DNA of 64,000 bases from Squalus acanthias (taxonomy: Eukaryota), in contig CM059432.1 of assembly GCA_030390025.1 (NCBI GenBank), forward strand, positions 44,022,001 to 44,086,000, in the 5' to 3' direction. Of the stretch, positions 23,831 to 37,445 are shown piece after piece; the first letter of the stretch is position 1; each line of letters starts with the position of its first letter. The notes under the pieces are model-generated. The model ran no database searches, was not told where the DNA came from, and worked only from the letters and a program-made list of their open reading frames with translations. The translations under genes were made by a program, and so were the position numbers.

Positions 23831-25384
23831 AAAAACCTGGACTACATTTCCTCTCAATATTGGCCAGTCTTTTAAAACCTATTGTTGCCTACAAAATGTA
23901 TGGTGGGAGCAAAGAGCAAGAAGTAAATATGTTAAAGGTTTTAAAGTTAATATTTTAAGAAAATAAATAATATAAAAAACTAAAAACAAAAATAGGAGCG
24001 ATCACAGAAAAGTAGTGAGAATGGGACAGAAGGGACAAATGAAAATAAATTATTTACTGTTTTATTACTAATTGTATGCAAATGTTTATATTGCTGTGTG
24101 TAATTACACTAAAAAGTTATTCCTGACATTTGATAAAATTTATTACTTTACTGTAATATTATTGTCAGCGCATGAGCAGAAAACTTACAAAGCAGACCAA
24201 CCTATGATAGGGACAAGAATGTCCTCAGAATGTCCGCCATCTGAAGATTAGTTATCTGTTGGACATTACAAATTGTGTGTCATAAAAAATACTCTAGCTT
24301 TGGTTTGCCATTTCTTATAAAGTGATGTTTTCAGAACAATATATATATATTTTTTTTTAAAAAGCGGTTGACGAGATAATGTTCTGGAAGGTAATTTTGT
24401 AATAAATATGAACAAGTGAGGCGCCCGCTGAAGAATTCAAATCTGGAGGGAACAAAAGTGTGGATAAGGATTCCAGCAATAATCAGGTAAAGTAACGGTG
24501 CAGGCAGGCAATGTTGTTAGGTTAAAGTAAGCAGTCTTGGTTATGAAGAGGGTATGGGATTTGAAACACAGCTTAGAGTTGAATAGAACGCTTGAAGTTC
24601 TATATTGGTGGGTTCATAGAATGCTCAGGGTTCACCCTGAGCAAACAGCCGAGGAAGGAGTGGCGTTTTTGGCAGCTGCCAAATAGGATGGCTTTGCCAT
24701 ACAAATACTATGGGCTGAATTTTCCGGGGTGGTAGCAGGCGAGATCGGTGGCGGGTCGGGTGGGAAAGTTGTTATTTTTGACAGCGGGTCAGGAACCTGC
24801 TGTCATCTCGCTCCCACGCGCCTTTCCCCCAGGCGGTCTGTCATCATGGAGCTGACCCGACCCGACCAACAGAGGCGGGCGACCCAATTGAGATCATTAT
24901 CAGGTAGTTTACAGGCATTTAAGAGCCTTTTTTCACTTACTTTTTAAATTTCTCTGCACAGCCGTGGGAATCACGCAGCTCGGGAACCACGTCTGTCAAT
25001 CTGAGGCGTGAGTTCCGTGCCCATTGCTCCAGCTGATTACTTGACAGCATGGAGAACAAACCAAAATAAAAACATGTTGATTACAGCAGCTAACAGATTG
25101 ATGGAGATTTTGTTCCACTTGAAAAGCTACTGGTAAACACTAATTCAGAAATTCCTGAAGGGATGCGAGTGCTGAAGGCTCCCCTCCTATCCTGGATGGT
25201 GAGGGAAATACATTTTTCACTGGCCATTCTTGGCTGTTGCCTTCCAACTCAACAGTAATTGCAGTGAATTGATCTGCACTATAAAACATGACATATACCA
25301 TTTAAGTAAATTTTTATGTTGTTTCTGGTCAGGTTTTTCCTCACAGTATACCGTGATTGTCCAGTTACAGATTAAATCAAGTCA

Positions 25385-26050
25385 TAAGAAATAGGAGCAG
25401 GAGTAGGCCATTCGGCCCTTCGAGCCAGCTCCGCCATTCAATGAGATCATGGCTGATCTTCTGCCTCAACTCCATTCACCGGCCCTATCGCCATATCCCT
25501 TGATGCCTTTACTAGTCAAAAATCTATCGACTTCTGTTTTGAGTATACCCAATGACTGAGCCTCCACAGCCCTCTGGGGTAGAGAATTCCAAAGATTCAC
25601 CACCCTCTGAAGAAATTTCTTCTCATCTCAGTCCTGAATGGCCTTCCCTTTATCCTGAGGCTGTGGCCCCTGGTTCTAGACTCCCCAGCCAAGGGAAACA
25701 TTCTCCCAGCATCCATCCTATCAAACCCTGTAATAATTTTGTATGTTTCAATGAGATCCCCTCTCATTCTTCTGAATTCAAGAGAATACAGGCCTAGTTT
25801 ACTCAATCTCTTGTCTTACGACAGTCCCACCATCCCAGGAATCAATCTCGTGAACCTTCGTTGCACTCTCTCTATGGCAAGTTTATCCTTCCTTAGGTAG
25901 AGGCCAAAATTGTACACAGGTGTGGTCTCACCAAGGCCCTATATAATTGGAGTATGACTTCTTTACTCCTGTACTCAAATCCTCTTGTAATGAAGGCCAG
26001 CATACCATTTGCCTTCCTAATGGCTTGCTGTACCTGCACATTCACTTTCA
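25385..26050 (-). mobile_element. CR1 LINE 'A', 3' part (split by insertion of CR1 'B')
   Basis: KVNVQVQQAIRKANGMLAF...RRMRGDLIETYK plus CR1 tail. Continues seamlessly from 29550. Confidence 0.9.
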
Positions 26051-29000
26051 TAGAAACATAGAAGATTGGAGCAGGAGTAGGCCATTCGGCCCCTCGAGCC
26101 TGCTCCGCCATTCGATGAGATCATGGCTGATCATCCAAACTCAGTACCCTGTACCTGCCTTCTCCCCATATCCCTTGATACCTTTAGCTTTAAGAAATAT
26201 ATCTAACTCATTCTTGAATATATTTAATGACTTGGCCTCAACTACATTCTGTGGTAGAGAATTCCACTGGTTCACCACTCTCTGGGTGAAGAAATTCTTC
26301 CTCATTTCTGTCCTAAATGGCTTACCCCTTATCCTTAGATTATGACCCCTGGTTCTGGACTCTCCGACCATCAGGAACATTCTTCCTGCATCTAGTTTGT
26401 CCAGACCTGTCAGAATTTTATATGTTTCGATGAGATCCCCTCTCATTCTTCTATACTCCAGCGAGTATAAGCTCAATCGACCCAATCTCTCTTTATATGT
26501 CATTCCTGCCATCCCAGGTATCAGCCTTGTGAATCTTCGCTGAACTCCTTCCATGGCAAGAACATCCTTCCTCAGATAAGGCGACCAAAACTGCACACAG
26601 TACTCAAGGTGTGGTCTCACCAAGGCCCTGTACAACTGCAGCAGGACATCCCTGTTCCTATACTCAAACCCTTTCGCTATGAAGGCCAACATACCATTTG
26701 CCTTCCTCACCGCCTGCTGCACCTGCATGCTTACCTTCAGCGACTGTTGCACAAGGACACCCAGGTCTCGTTGCACTTCCCCTTCTCCCAATCTATTGCC
26801 ATTCAGATAATAGTCTGCCTTTCTGTTTTTGACACCAAAGTGGATAACCTCGCATTTATCCACGTTATATTGCATCTGCCACGCTTCTGCCCACTCACCC
26901 AACCTGTCCAAATCATCCTGGAGTTTCTCGTTATCCTCCTCGCAGCACACACGCCCACCCAGCTTTGTGTCATCTGCAAACTTGGAGATATTACATTTAG
27001 TTCCCTTATCGAGATCATTAATGTATATTGTGAATAGCTGGGGTCCAAGGACCGATCCCTGCGGTACCCCACTAGTCACTGCCTGCCACTCGGAAAAAGA
27101 CCCATTAATTCCTACTCTCTGCTTTCTGTCCACCAACCAGTTCTCTATCCAAGTCAATACCTTGCCCCCAATCCCATGTGCCTTAACTTTACCCGCTAAT
27201 CTCTTATGCGGGACCTTATCGAAAGCCTTTTGAAAGTCCAAATACACCACATCTACTGGTTCTCCCTTATCTATTTTCCCAGTTACATCCTCAAAAAATT
27301 CCAGTAGATTAGTCAAGCATGATTTACCTTTTGTAAATCCATGTTGACTTTGTCCGATCCTGTCACTGTTTTTCAAGTGCTCAGCTATTACATCCTTTAT
27401 AATGGACTCTAGCATTTTCCCCACTATCGATGTCAGGCTTACCGGTCTGTAATTCCCCGCTTTCTCTCTACCACCCTTTTTGAATAGTGGGGTAACATTA
27501 GCTACCCTCCAATCCATGGGTACAGTTCCAGATTCCATCGAATGTTGGAAGATGATCAGCAATGCATCTACTATTTCTAGGGCCACTTCCTTAAGTACCC
27601 TAGGATGTAGATTATCAGGCCCTGGGGATTTATCGGCCTTCAATCCCGTCAATTTCCCTAACACCATTTCCCTGCAAATACTGATTTCTTTCAGTTCCTC
27701 CCTTTCATCAGACCCTATGTTCTCCAACATCTCTGGGAGGTTATTTGTGTCCTCCTTTGTGAAGACAGAACCAAAATATGCATTTAATTGGTCTGCCATT
27801 TCTTTGTTCCCCATTATAACTTCCCCCGCTTCTGACTGCAAGGGACCTACACTTGATTTCACTAATCTTTTTCTCTTCACATATCTATAAAAACTCTTAG
27901 TCAGTTTTATGTTCCCTGCAAGCTTACTTTCATATTCTATTTTCCCCTTCTTAATTAATCCCTTTGTCCTCCTTTGTTGAATCCTAAACTGCTCCCAATC
28001 TTCAGGGTTACCGCTTTTTCTGGCCAATTTATATGCCCTCTCCTTGGATCTTATGCTATCCCTACGCTTGTTAGCCACGGTTGAGTCACCCTGTTTTATT
28101 CTTATGCCACACTGGGATGAACAAATTCTGTAGTTCATCCATGCAGCCTTTGAATGTTTGCCATTGCCTATCCACCGTCAACCCTTTGAGTGACATTCCC
28201 CAATCAATCCTACCCAATTCGCGCCTCATACCATCGTAGTTTCCTTTATTTAAATTCAGGACCCTAGTCTCTGATTCAACTACTTCACTCTCCATCCTAA
28301 TGAAGAATTCTATCATATTATGATCACTCTGACCCAAGGGGCCTCGTACAACAAGATTGCTAATTAATCCTTTCTCATTACATAATACCCAGTCTAAGAT
28401 GGCCTGATCTCTGGTTGGTTCCTCGACATATTGTTCCAGAAAACCATCCCGTAAACATTCTAGGAATTCCTCCTCCACAGTATTTTTACTAATTTGGTTA
28501 GCCCAATCTATATGTAAATTAAAGTCACCCATGATGACTGCTGTGCCCTTACTGCATGCTTCTCTAATTTCCCTTTTAATGCCGTCCCCAACCTCCGTAT
28601 TACTGTTTGGAGGTCTATATACCACTCCCACTAACGTTTTCTGCCCCTTGTTATTTCTCAGTTCTACCCATACAGATTCCGCATCATCAGAGCTAATATC
28701 CTTCCTTTCAGTTGTGTTAATCCCCTCTTTAACCAGCAATGCTACCCCACCTCCCTTTCTTTTTTGCCTATCTTTCCTAAATATTGAATGAGTTCCCAGC
28801 CTTGGCCACCCTGGAGCCATGTTTCTGTAATCCCAATCAAATCGTATTCATTTACTTCTATTTGCGCAGCTAATTCATCCACCTTGTTCCGAATGCTCCT
28901 TGCATTAAGACACAAAGCCTTCAGACTTGTTTTTTTAACGCTCTCAGACCTATATGAATTATTATTTACTGTGACCATGTTTGATTTAAACCGTTGAGTT

Positions 29001-29549
29001 CTTTGCCTTCTACTTTTGTTTTTCTCCTTCCTGTCTTTAGCTTTTATCCTTGTTTCCCTTTCCTCTGTCTCCCTGCTCAGGTTCCCAACCCCCTGCCACT
29101 TTAGTTTAAACCCTCCCCAACAGCACTAGCAAACACTCCCCCTAGGACATCGGTCCCAGCCCTGCCCAGGTGCAGACCGTCCCGTTTGTACTGGTCCCAC
29201 CTCCCCCAGAACCGGTTCCAATGTCCAAGGAATTTGAATCCCTCCCCCTTGCACCATTCCTCTAGCCACGTATTCATTTGAAATATCCTCCTATTTCTAC
29301 TCTGACTAGCACGTGGCACTGGTAGCAATCCTGAGATTACTACCTTTGAGGTCCTATTTTTTAATTTACCTCCTAACTCCCTATATTCTGCTTTTAGGAC
29401 CTCATCCCGTTTTTTACCTATATCGTTGATGCCTATGTGCACCACGACAACTGGCTGTTCGCCCGCCCCCTCCAAAATGTTCTGTAGCCGTTCTGAGACG
29501 TCCTTGACCCTTGCACCAGGGAGGCAACACACCATCCTGGAGTCTCGTG
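26051..29549 (-). mobile_element. Young CR1 LINE 'B': ORF1 C-terminal SGNH/GDSL esterase domain, ORF2 (endonuclease + RT, two frameshifts) and (TTCTATGT)n tail
   Basis: 665-aa RT ORF 26141-28138 with FADD; endonuclease ORFs 28086-28978; ORF1 motifs GINDIG and DGLHL, ending at 29101. Confidence 0.95.
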
Positions 29550-31420
29550 GTGACTCATGTACAAGGACACCCAGGTCCCTTTGAGCATCTGCATTCCCCA
29601 ATCTTTCACCATTTAGGAAATACTCTGCCTTTCTGTTTTTTCGACCAAAGTGGATAACTTCACATTTATCCACATTATATTCCATCTGCCATGTTCTCGC
29701 CCACTCACTGAGCCTGTCGCGATCCCCTTGAAGCCTCTTCACATCCTCTTCACAACTGACACTGACACCTAGCTTTGTATCAGCAGCAAATTTGGAAATG
29801 TTACATTTAGTCCCCTCATCCAAATCATTGATATAGATTGTGAATAGCTGGGGCCCAAGCACCGATCCTTGCGGTACCCCACTAGTCACAGCCTGCCATC
29901 CTGAAAAAGACCCGTTTATCCCTACTCTTTGTTTTCTGTCTCTTAACCAATTCTCAATCCATGCTAGTATATTACCCCCAATTCCATGTGCCCTAATTTT
30001 GTTCACCAACCTCGTGTGGGACCTTATCGAAGGCCTTCTGAAAATCCAGATACACTACATCTACCGGTTCCCCTTTGTCTACTCCACTAGTTACATCCTC
30101 AAAGAACTCCAATAGGTTTGTCAAACAGGATTTCTCTTTCATAAATCCATGTTGACTCTGCCCAATCTTACTATTAGTTTCTAAGTGCCCAGTTATTGCA
30201 TCCTTTATAATAGATTCCAGCAGTTTCCCAACTACTGATGTGAGGCTAACAGGTCTGTAGTTCCCCGTTTTCTCTCTCCCTCCTTTCTTAAATAGCAGGG
30301 TTACATTTGCTATCCTCCAATCTGCAGGAACCGTTCCAGAATCTATAGAATTTTGGAAGATGACAACCAATGCATCCACTATCCCAATGGCCACCTCTTT
30401 CAATACCCTAGCATGTAGGTCATCCGGTCCTTGGGATTTATCGACTTTTAGTCCCATTAATTTTGCTAGTACTGTTTTTTTACTAATAGTAATTTCTTTA
30501 AGTTACTCATTCTCGCCACACCCTTGGTTTTCTCTTATTTCTGGGAGGATTTTTATGTCTTCCTCCGTGAAGACAGAAACAAAGTATTTATTTAATTTCT
30601 CTGCCATTTCCTCATTCCCCATTATAAATTCTCCCATCTCTGACTGTAAAGGACCTACATTTACCTTCGCCAGTCTTTTCCTTTTCACATACCTATAGAA
30701 GCTTTTACAATCCGTTTTTATATTTTTCGCTAGTTTGTGCTCATATTCCATTTTCCCTTTATCAATTTCTTGGTTCCCCTTTTGCTGATTTCTAAAAAAA
30801 TCCCAATCCTCAGGCTGACCGCTTTTTCTGGCAACTTTATAAGCTTCCTCCTTTGACTTAATACTAGCTTTAATTTCTTTTGTTAGCCATGGCTGGATCA
30901 CTTTTCCTTTTGGGTTTTTATGCCCTAGAGGAATATATGTTTGTTGCAAATTATGCATTATTTCCTTGAATGTTAGCCATTGTATGTCCACCTTCATACC
31001 TTTTAGTGTAGTCTCCCAATATACCATGGCCAACTTGTCCCTCATACCCTTGTAGTTTCCGCTGTTTAGATTGAAGACCTTAGTTTCAGATTGGACTACA
31101 TCACTCTCAAACTTAATGTAAAATTCAATCATATTATGGTCACTTGTCCCTAAAGGCCCCTTTACCACAAGATTATTGATTAGCCCTTTCTCATTACACA
31201 GTACCAGATCCAGAACAGCTTGTTCCCTGGTTGGTTGCTCCACATACTGATCCAGGAAACCATCTCGCATGCATTCCAATAATTCGTCCTCCACACCATT
31301 AGTGGTAATTTGATTTGCCCAGTCAATATGTAGATTAAAGTCCCCCATGATTACCGTATTGCCCTTGTTACATGCACTTCTAATTTCTTGATTGATACTG
31401 TGCCCTACATTACCACTACC
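29550..31420 (-). mobile_element. CR1 LINE 'A', 5' part (endonuclease/RT, frameshifted)
   Basis: ORFs 30503-31348 and 29993-30457, and the N-terminal half of 29101-30009. Confidence 0.92.
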
Positions 31421-31509
31421 ATCAACCGTAACAATTTAATTCTCATAACTCATTCCATTGGTTCATTTTGCTTTCAGTCCCTAATTTAATTTTTCAGTCT
31501 GAGACTTTG

Positions 31510-31667
31510 GGGGTGAATTTCTACGGAGGTTCTCTCACTTGTCCATTGTTAACTTCAATGGAAGAGCTGCAGGAATCCCAGAAACACATTGTAAGCACCA
31601 CTTACACTGTTTGTCAGGGTTTCCGCAGCTCTTCCGCTGAACTTGCAGAAGATTGTAATTCCACCCC
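31510..31667. mobile_element. Short MITE-like element
   Basis: Ends GGGGTGAATT / AATTCCACCCC. A related 5' end occurs at ~51628. Confidence 0.4.
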
Positions 31668-32632
31668 TTTACAATTACATTTAAAATCTGCTTCATTTTA
31701 TATGTTACCTATACACACACACATTTTATTTGTACCAGTTACTGATACAAAAGTCTATAGATTTATGACTAAAGCACCAATAACTTTCCAATTAATGTAC
31801 TTTTTAAATTATGTTCTTGATCGTATTTGTAGATGGCGTCATATTACTTAATGATAATATTATTTAAATATTTCTTTGTCACTCATATATAATGTTTATT
31901 ATATTATTGTAGAGTAAAGATTCAACACCCACTTTGTTAGATTAAACTTAAAATGTAATGTGGCCATGGTCCCTTTAAGGATCCCGGCTGAAAACGTATC
32001 ATGAATGACATCACCAGACCCGCTCCATCTAACTGGGCCGGGTAACGCGCTGGGTGGGCTTAATAGGCCCCATTAAGGCAAGTTAATTTTCTGCAGCAGG
32101 ATGGAGCCAGCAGCGGGGTCGCGACCCGCCACGGACACCGCCCGCACCGGACCCACCAAGGTAGGCAAAATTCCGGCCTAATTTTTTAGAAAGTTCTGGC
32201 TCATCCACGATTTACTGTTAAACAAACAATCTGACGCTGAGCAAAGTGACAGTCATGGAGTCAATGATGGCATTAGAAAAGTACAGGTTGGCATCATCAG
32301 CATACATGTCAGAAGCTGATCCCAGCACTATAAGTAATGTCACTGAGGTCAACATATAAACGAGTGAAAGGAAGCAGACTGGGATAAAACCTTATGACGT
32401 TCTTGACTTGGCCATGTGGGAGCAGGATGAGAAGTCATTGCTCGAGATGTGCTGGTTAAAGTACACTAATAGCCTCTAACAGCAGAAAAATTGGTGCAGC
32501 ATAGATATATTTGAAATTATTATAATGCTTGCTCTTTTGTGAAACACAGACATAAAACACAAACATGATTGAAAGTTAATTTTTAACAGAATCAATAACT
32601 TCAAGTATTTGAAGCATCACACTAATACTTAC

Positions 32633-32945
32633 CAGGTGTATACATGTCTCCTGTATTAGAGTTGGTCAGAAAAGGTAGGAAATCATCTACGTGACTTCTC
32701 ATGTATTCCGCTGCCTGTGTCCTGAGCTCTGCAAGGGTCAATAGACTGCTCTGGTTTGTAAGTTGGTCTTCAATAGCTTTGTACATGCAGTGACCATCAG
32801 ATGGGATCTGCTTGATCTGTAACTGCCTTTTAGCAAGGATTTCAGCAAGTTTCTGATTTTCCAGGTGTCTGGCTCCTTTCAAATTCTCTACTTCAGCTTC
32901 AGCTATTCTCTCTTCCCTTTCTTTGTCCTGAGCAGCTTTCTTCTC
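32633..32945 (-). CDS. OTUD6B: OTUD6B exon 4 (313 nt, OTU catalytic Cys)
   Basis: aag| EKKAAQDKEREERIAEAEVENL...IPSDGHCMYKAIEDQL...DFLPFLTNSNTGDMYTP |gtaagt. Confidence 0.96.
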
Positions 32946-33188
32946 CTTGTATTGGAGTTGAAAATATATATTTTTAAAATGATTGAAATCAAGTATTACA
33001 GCATTGAGTATATATACACACACAATACCAGTTTCCAAACATGACAGCTGACTAAAATGTTTACACGTTCTTTTAAAAATGTCTTTAAACACTATTTTGA
33101 ACTTAAAACTGTGCAGTTGCCGTGTTTTAGTTTTTTTTTAAATCAAGAGGGAAAATATGATCAAGATATTTATAGTCAAAAAACACAC

Positions 33189-33287
33189 CCTTCTCTTCTG
33201 TGCCTTGGATACCCGAGACTGCTTAACTTCTTTCTCATTATCGATTTCGAATTCTAAATTTGCAATTCCATTGGTAGAAGATTCAAC
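33189..33287 (-). CDS. OTUD6B: OTUD6B exon 3 (99 nt)
   Basis: ctttag| VESSTNGIANLEFEIDNEKEVKQSRVSKAQKRR |gtgtgt. Confidence 0.93.
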
Positions 33288-33556
33288 CTAAAGGGAAAGA
33301 ATATGATCAGAACTTAAAATCCATCCTCAGATACCCATTTTAACATAGCTTTAGAGCATTAGTTTACATTATTAAAGTCCTTGTTTGCCTATAGAAATCC
33401 GATGTCTAAATTCCAAAAATAGAGCTCCAAGGCTTTCTGTTGCCTTATCAATTTTGGCCAGTAAATTCTATATGGTTGAAAACATGTTAGGTATACTGCA
33501 ACACCTAACTACATCCCATCAATGAAATTAAAACCAAACTGGCTTCGCGAATCTAT

Positions 33557-34976
33557 GGCCCCGGAAATTGTGGTCAGCAGCGAAGCAAAGGCGTTCGCCG
33601 CTGGCCCTAAAAGCTCGCGATCTCTGTGGCGAGAAGTTTGCCTTTCTCGACGCGCAAGTCAGATCAGTGGGGCATTTCTAGTGCGAGCTACTGTGACATC
33701 AACAAGCTGTCTAAGCAGCCAATCACAATGCAGAATTCTCAAAGACAGGGAACCAGAAAGTGAAGAAGTTGCTTTTATTCTAAATTTTTTTAAATGTTAA
33801 GGAGAGCAAAACAAAGATTGGGGCTCTCACAGGAAGAAAAAGGTAAACCTGAAATAAATATGAACAAATTTTTTTAAAAAAAAGAGTCAGAGTTATACAG
33901 CACAGAAAGAGGCCCTTCGACCCATCGTGTCCGCGCCGGCCATCAAGCCCTGTCTATTCTAATCCCATTTTCCAGTACTTGGTCCGTAGCCTTGTATGCT
34001 AAGGCGTTTCAAGTGCTCATCTAAATGCTTCTTGAATGTTGAGGGTTCCTGTCTCTACCACCCTTTCAGGCAGTGAGTTCCAGATTCCAACCACCCACTG
34101 GGTGAAAAAGTTTTTCCTCAAATCCCCTCTAAAGCTCCTGCCTCTTACCTTGAAACTATGCCCCCTGGTTATTGACCCCTCTACTAAAAAGGGGAAAAGT
34201 TCCTTTCTATCTACCCTATCTACCCCCCTCATAATTTTGTACACCTCAATCAGGTCCCCCCTCAGCCTTCTCTGCTCTAAGGAAAACAACCCCAGCCTGT
34301 CCAGTCTCTCTTCATAGCTGAAGCGCTGCAGCCAGGTAACATCCTGGTGAATCTCCTCTGCACCCTCTCCAATGCAATCACATCCTTCCTATAGCATGGT
34401 GACCAGAACTGCACACACAGTATTCCAGCTGTGGCCTAACTAGCGTTTTGTACAGCTCCATCATAACCCCCCTGCTCTTATATTCTATGCCTCGGCTAAT
34501 GAAGGCAAGTATCCCATATGCCATTTTAACCACCTTTTTTTAAAGTTTCTTAAAAAATTATAAATTATTATGGAGAAATTTGATACTCCACAAAATTTAA
34601 ATTCGTTTTTCAGGGCCATAACATTTGTTTAGCAGTCAATACGCTGTTAAAACCCCAGTTACACATAATCCAACAAGGCCTAACTTTAAATGATATTATT
34701 GCGGAAAAGCCCAAGTTTTCGTCAGTTTCACTGATTGGCGGCTGGGGGGGGGTGGGGGGGGGGGGGGGGGAGGGGGGGGGTGTTGGCGGTGGCAGGGGCA
34801 CAGCGCAGCCAGTGTCGGAGCAGTGAATGATTGACCACAACTTCAGGATTTCCGTGTTAGGATGCGCATGCGCTAAATCCTGAAGTTGCGGTCAGTTTCA
34901 AAGAGGTAATAACGGCAAACACGGTTCATTTCAGCTGTTTAGTTCGCAGTTATTACCCGCCGCAAATTCCGGGCCC
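33557..34976. mobile_element. Non-autonomous DNA transposon (Harbinger-like GGGCC..AATT TIR) with a nested CR1 fragment at ~33885-34535
   Basis: Ends GGCCCCGGAAATTGTGG / CCGCAAATTCCGGGCCC. The right half is homologous to 47120-47478. Confidence 0.65.
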
Positions 34977-36149
34977 ACATTTTTTCCTCCACCAGAAATA
35001 CACATAAATGTTGATTTTTGTTGCTGGTATGATATTGTACAAGTTTTTAATATAAAAAGAGTATCCAGTGGCATAAAATCAATACAGCAATTGTGATTTT
35101 AAAATGTTCTGAGAGATAACTTGGTGACTGCAAGGTTATGGAGTAGCGTATATATCTTGAAAACACGCCCATGGTAAATTGCAGTATTTGATTGGTTACT
35201 CATGAGTTGCTGAAGGTAGGAAAGGTAAAGCAAAATTTTGTGATAACTCACTTTGTGCCAGTTACTACATAGTCCTGACTAAAATTCCTGCAAATTGGGC
35301 AAATTATGACTGAATTGGTAAATTTTGCAAAGTAAAATTAAGATTTGACTGATTTTTTTAATTCATCAAAATTATTTGCTCTACATAATTATGCTCTATT
35401 AGAGTTATTTCCAACTGTGAAGGCATGATGTGATAAATTGTATTAAGATATTATTTATTTACGTTGAAGTCTTTACTCTTATTTTCCTCCCTATGCAGAA
35501 TAATTTTCACCAACAGTAGCCACCTCTGCAGATTTCCATGGTAACACTCCAGTTTTTAATTGGCATTTGTAAACTGCATATTTTAGCGCATATATAAATG
35601 ATGCACTGAGACTGAACTGGCAGATATGAAGTGCAATGTTTATTCTCAGTTTAGTTTTCACCTGCAAGAATGATCAACCAATGAAAATCATCAGGAACTC
35701 TCCAAATTCACGTTTTTTTCCCCCGATATTGGATGACGGTTTACCAATGTGATACTTATATACAACAAATGATTGGGAATCTATTTTAAAGCTGTGACAA
35801 GCCAGAGATACAGAATACATCATAAACCAGAAGGATAAAGCTCAAGGTTGTGCCACAACCAAATAACTCTTCACTGTTCTATTCAAAATATTAGTGAGAA
35901 AATAATCTGATATTTATGTTTACAAGTACAATTAAAGTTTGACCGTCTATGCTTTTCTTGCATTTATGCTATTTAGCAAAAAGAAGAATGAGAATGGCCT
36001 ATGAATAAAGCTCTCAAACTGAGGCAGCATCATGCATTGTCAGGAATTTTCTGATATATATGGAATATTGTATATTCCATCCCTTTTAATAGGAGGAATC
36101 TGTTTTAGTTGGAAGAAGGAGGAATCTAAACACAATACCATTCCCTCAC

Positions 36150-36304
36150 CGTACTAGATTTATCAAGTGACCGAGTGAGCTGTTTAAGTTCCTCCTCATG
36201 CCTTAGTTCCAGCTCGGCCTCAATTTTTGCTACTTCTTCTACTAGCTGTTTTCTTCTTTTCTTGTCATTTTTAGCGACAGCATTTTTCATTCCCTGTATT
36301 TTAG
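36150..36304 (-). CDS. OTUD6B: OTUD6B exon 2 (155 nt)
   Basis: ttgcag| (A)KIQGMKNAVAKNDKKRRKQLVEEVAKIEAELELRHEEELKQLTRSLDKSST |gtgagg. Confidence 0.95.
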
Positions 36305-37139
36305 CTGCAATTCAAAGTGAAGGCATAATATTTAGCACTTTGTTTTCTTTACATATAAAAATAAAAATTTCTACATATATTGAACAACATAAAGCAGGAC
36401 ATGCCTACCTGGATGTAATTTAATTGAGCAATTCAGTTAAAAGTGAAGCTCAAACCCCAGATTAATTCAGTAATATTTTAAAATATCACAACTTTTGTGA
36501 CTATGTCAGGTAAATGGACAAGCGAAAGTAGTACAGTACAACATTTAAAGAGTAATAAACTACTTTTTGGAATCATTATTCAGGATTTCAAGTATATGAA
36601 AGACCCCATTCTGAAATTGCAAGCTTGGCCATTTAAATTCGCCCAAATCTTTAACACCTTTACCCTCAATTGTTATAATGCTTACCAGCCTAATAAACCA
36701 ATCTATCTCTGGATAAACCTCCAGTAAAGGAACTGCATTCTTAAATTTTGGCCTAAAGTCTTTTTAAAAATAAAAAAGGCATCATACAAACTTAGTATTT
36801 TCCCAGCACTACCCATTTTTTAAAACTTTATAAATTAAATTTAATATAAATAACTTGGAGTCCATAACACCTGTTTCTACAAAGTTCAGCAGAGTTCATT
36901 TTTTCTTAATAAATCATTGGAAATCAAATAGTTAAAAGTTTTAACGATTATACTCATGATATAAACTCAGTACATATTTGTTATATGGCTAGAATTTCCC
37001 AATTTATACAAAACAGTTGATCAAAACAAAACCTCAGTACCATACATACAGTAAATGATGAATAGAACACAGAAGAAGATTATTTACTTCTCATTCATGC
37101 TTTCCTACTTTCTTTTCTGCCAACACGTTTTTCCAGCTG

Positions 37140-37445
37140 AACAAACACTACTGGAAACTGCATATCTCCAATAAATATGTAGCACCTCCCAAATGTTTTG
37201 GATAGAAGTAAATGTATTTGTGCCAACACTAATTAAAACCATGTAGCTCAATATAAATGTACCATCCTCTCAAGTGCAATGACACTAGATAGAAATGAAT
37301 GCATTAGTGCCAACACTAGTGGAAACTGTGTAACTCAATGTAAATGTAGCATTATTTTAAGCGCAATGAATGTATTATTACCAACACCAACAGTGTACAT
37401 CCTTTGAATTGCAATGTTTGAATGTATTTAGCCAACATTACCAGG
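37140..37445. repeat. Degenerate tandem repeat, unit roughly 75-90 bp
   Basis: Recurring gccaacact..aaac..tgta.ctcaat.taaatgta at ~37146, 37222 and 37309, with partial units at 37381 and 37431. Confidence 0.5.

Noticed and set aside
26609..28791. Plus-strand ORFs of 86-142 aa (also 13477-13869 minus, 30360-30698, 62456-63733)
   Set aside because: Antisense shadows of CR1 ORF2 that recur in every copy.
32946..33092. N-terminal extension of the 156-aa ORF 32622-33092
   Set aside because: Intronic read-through. Homology to OTUD6B starts at the acceptor at 32945.
37140..37445. CRISPR-like repeat/spacer array
   Set aside because: Units are degenerate and similar along their whole length, there are no unique spacers or cas genes, and the context is eukaryotic.
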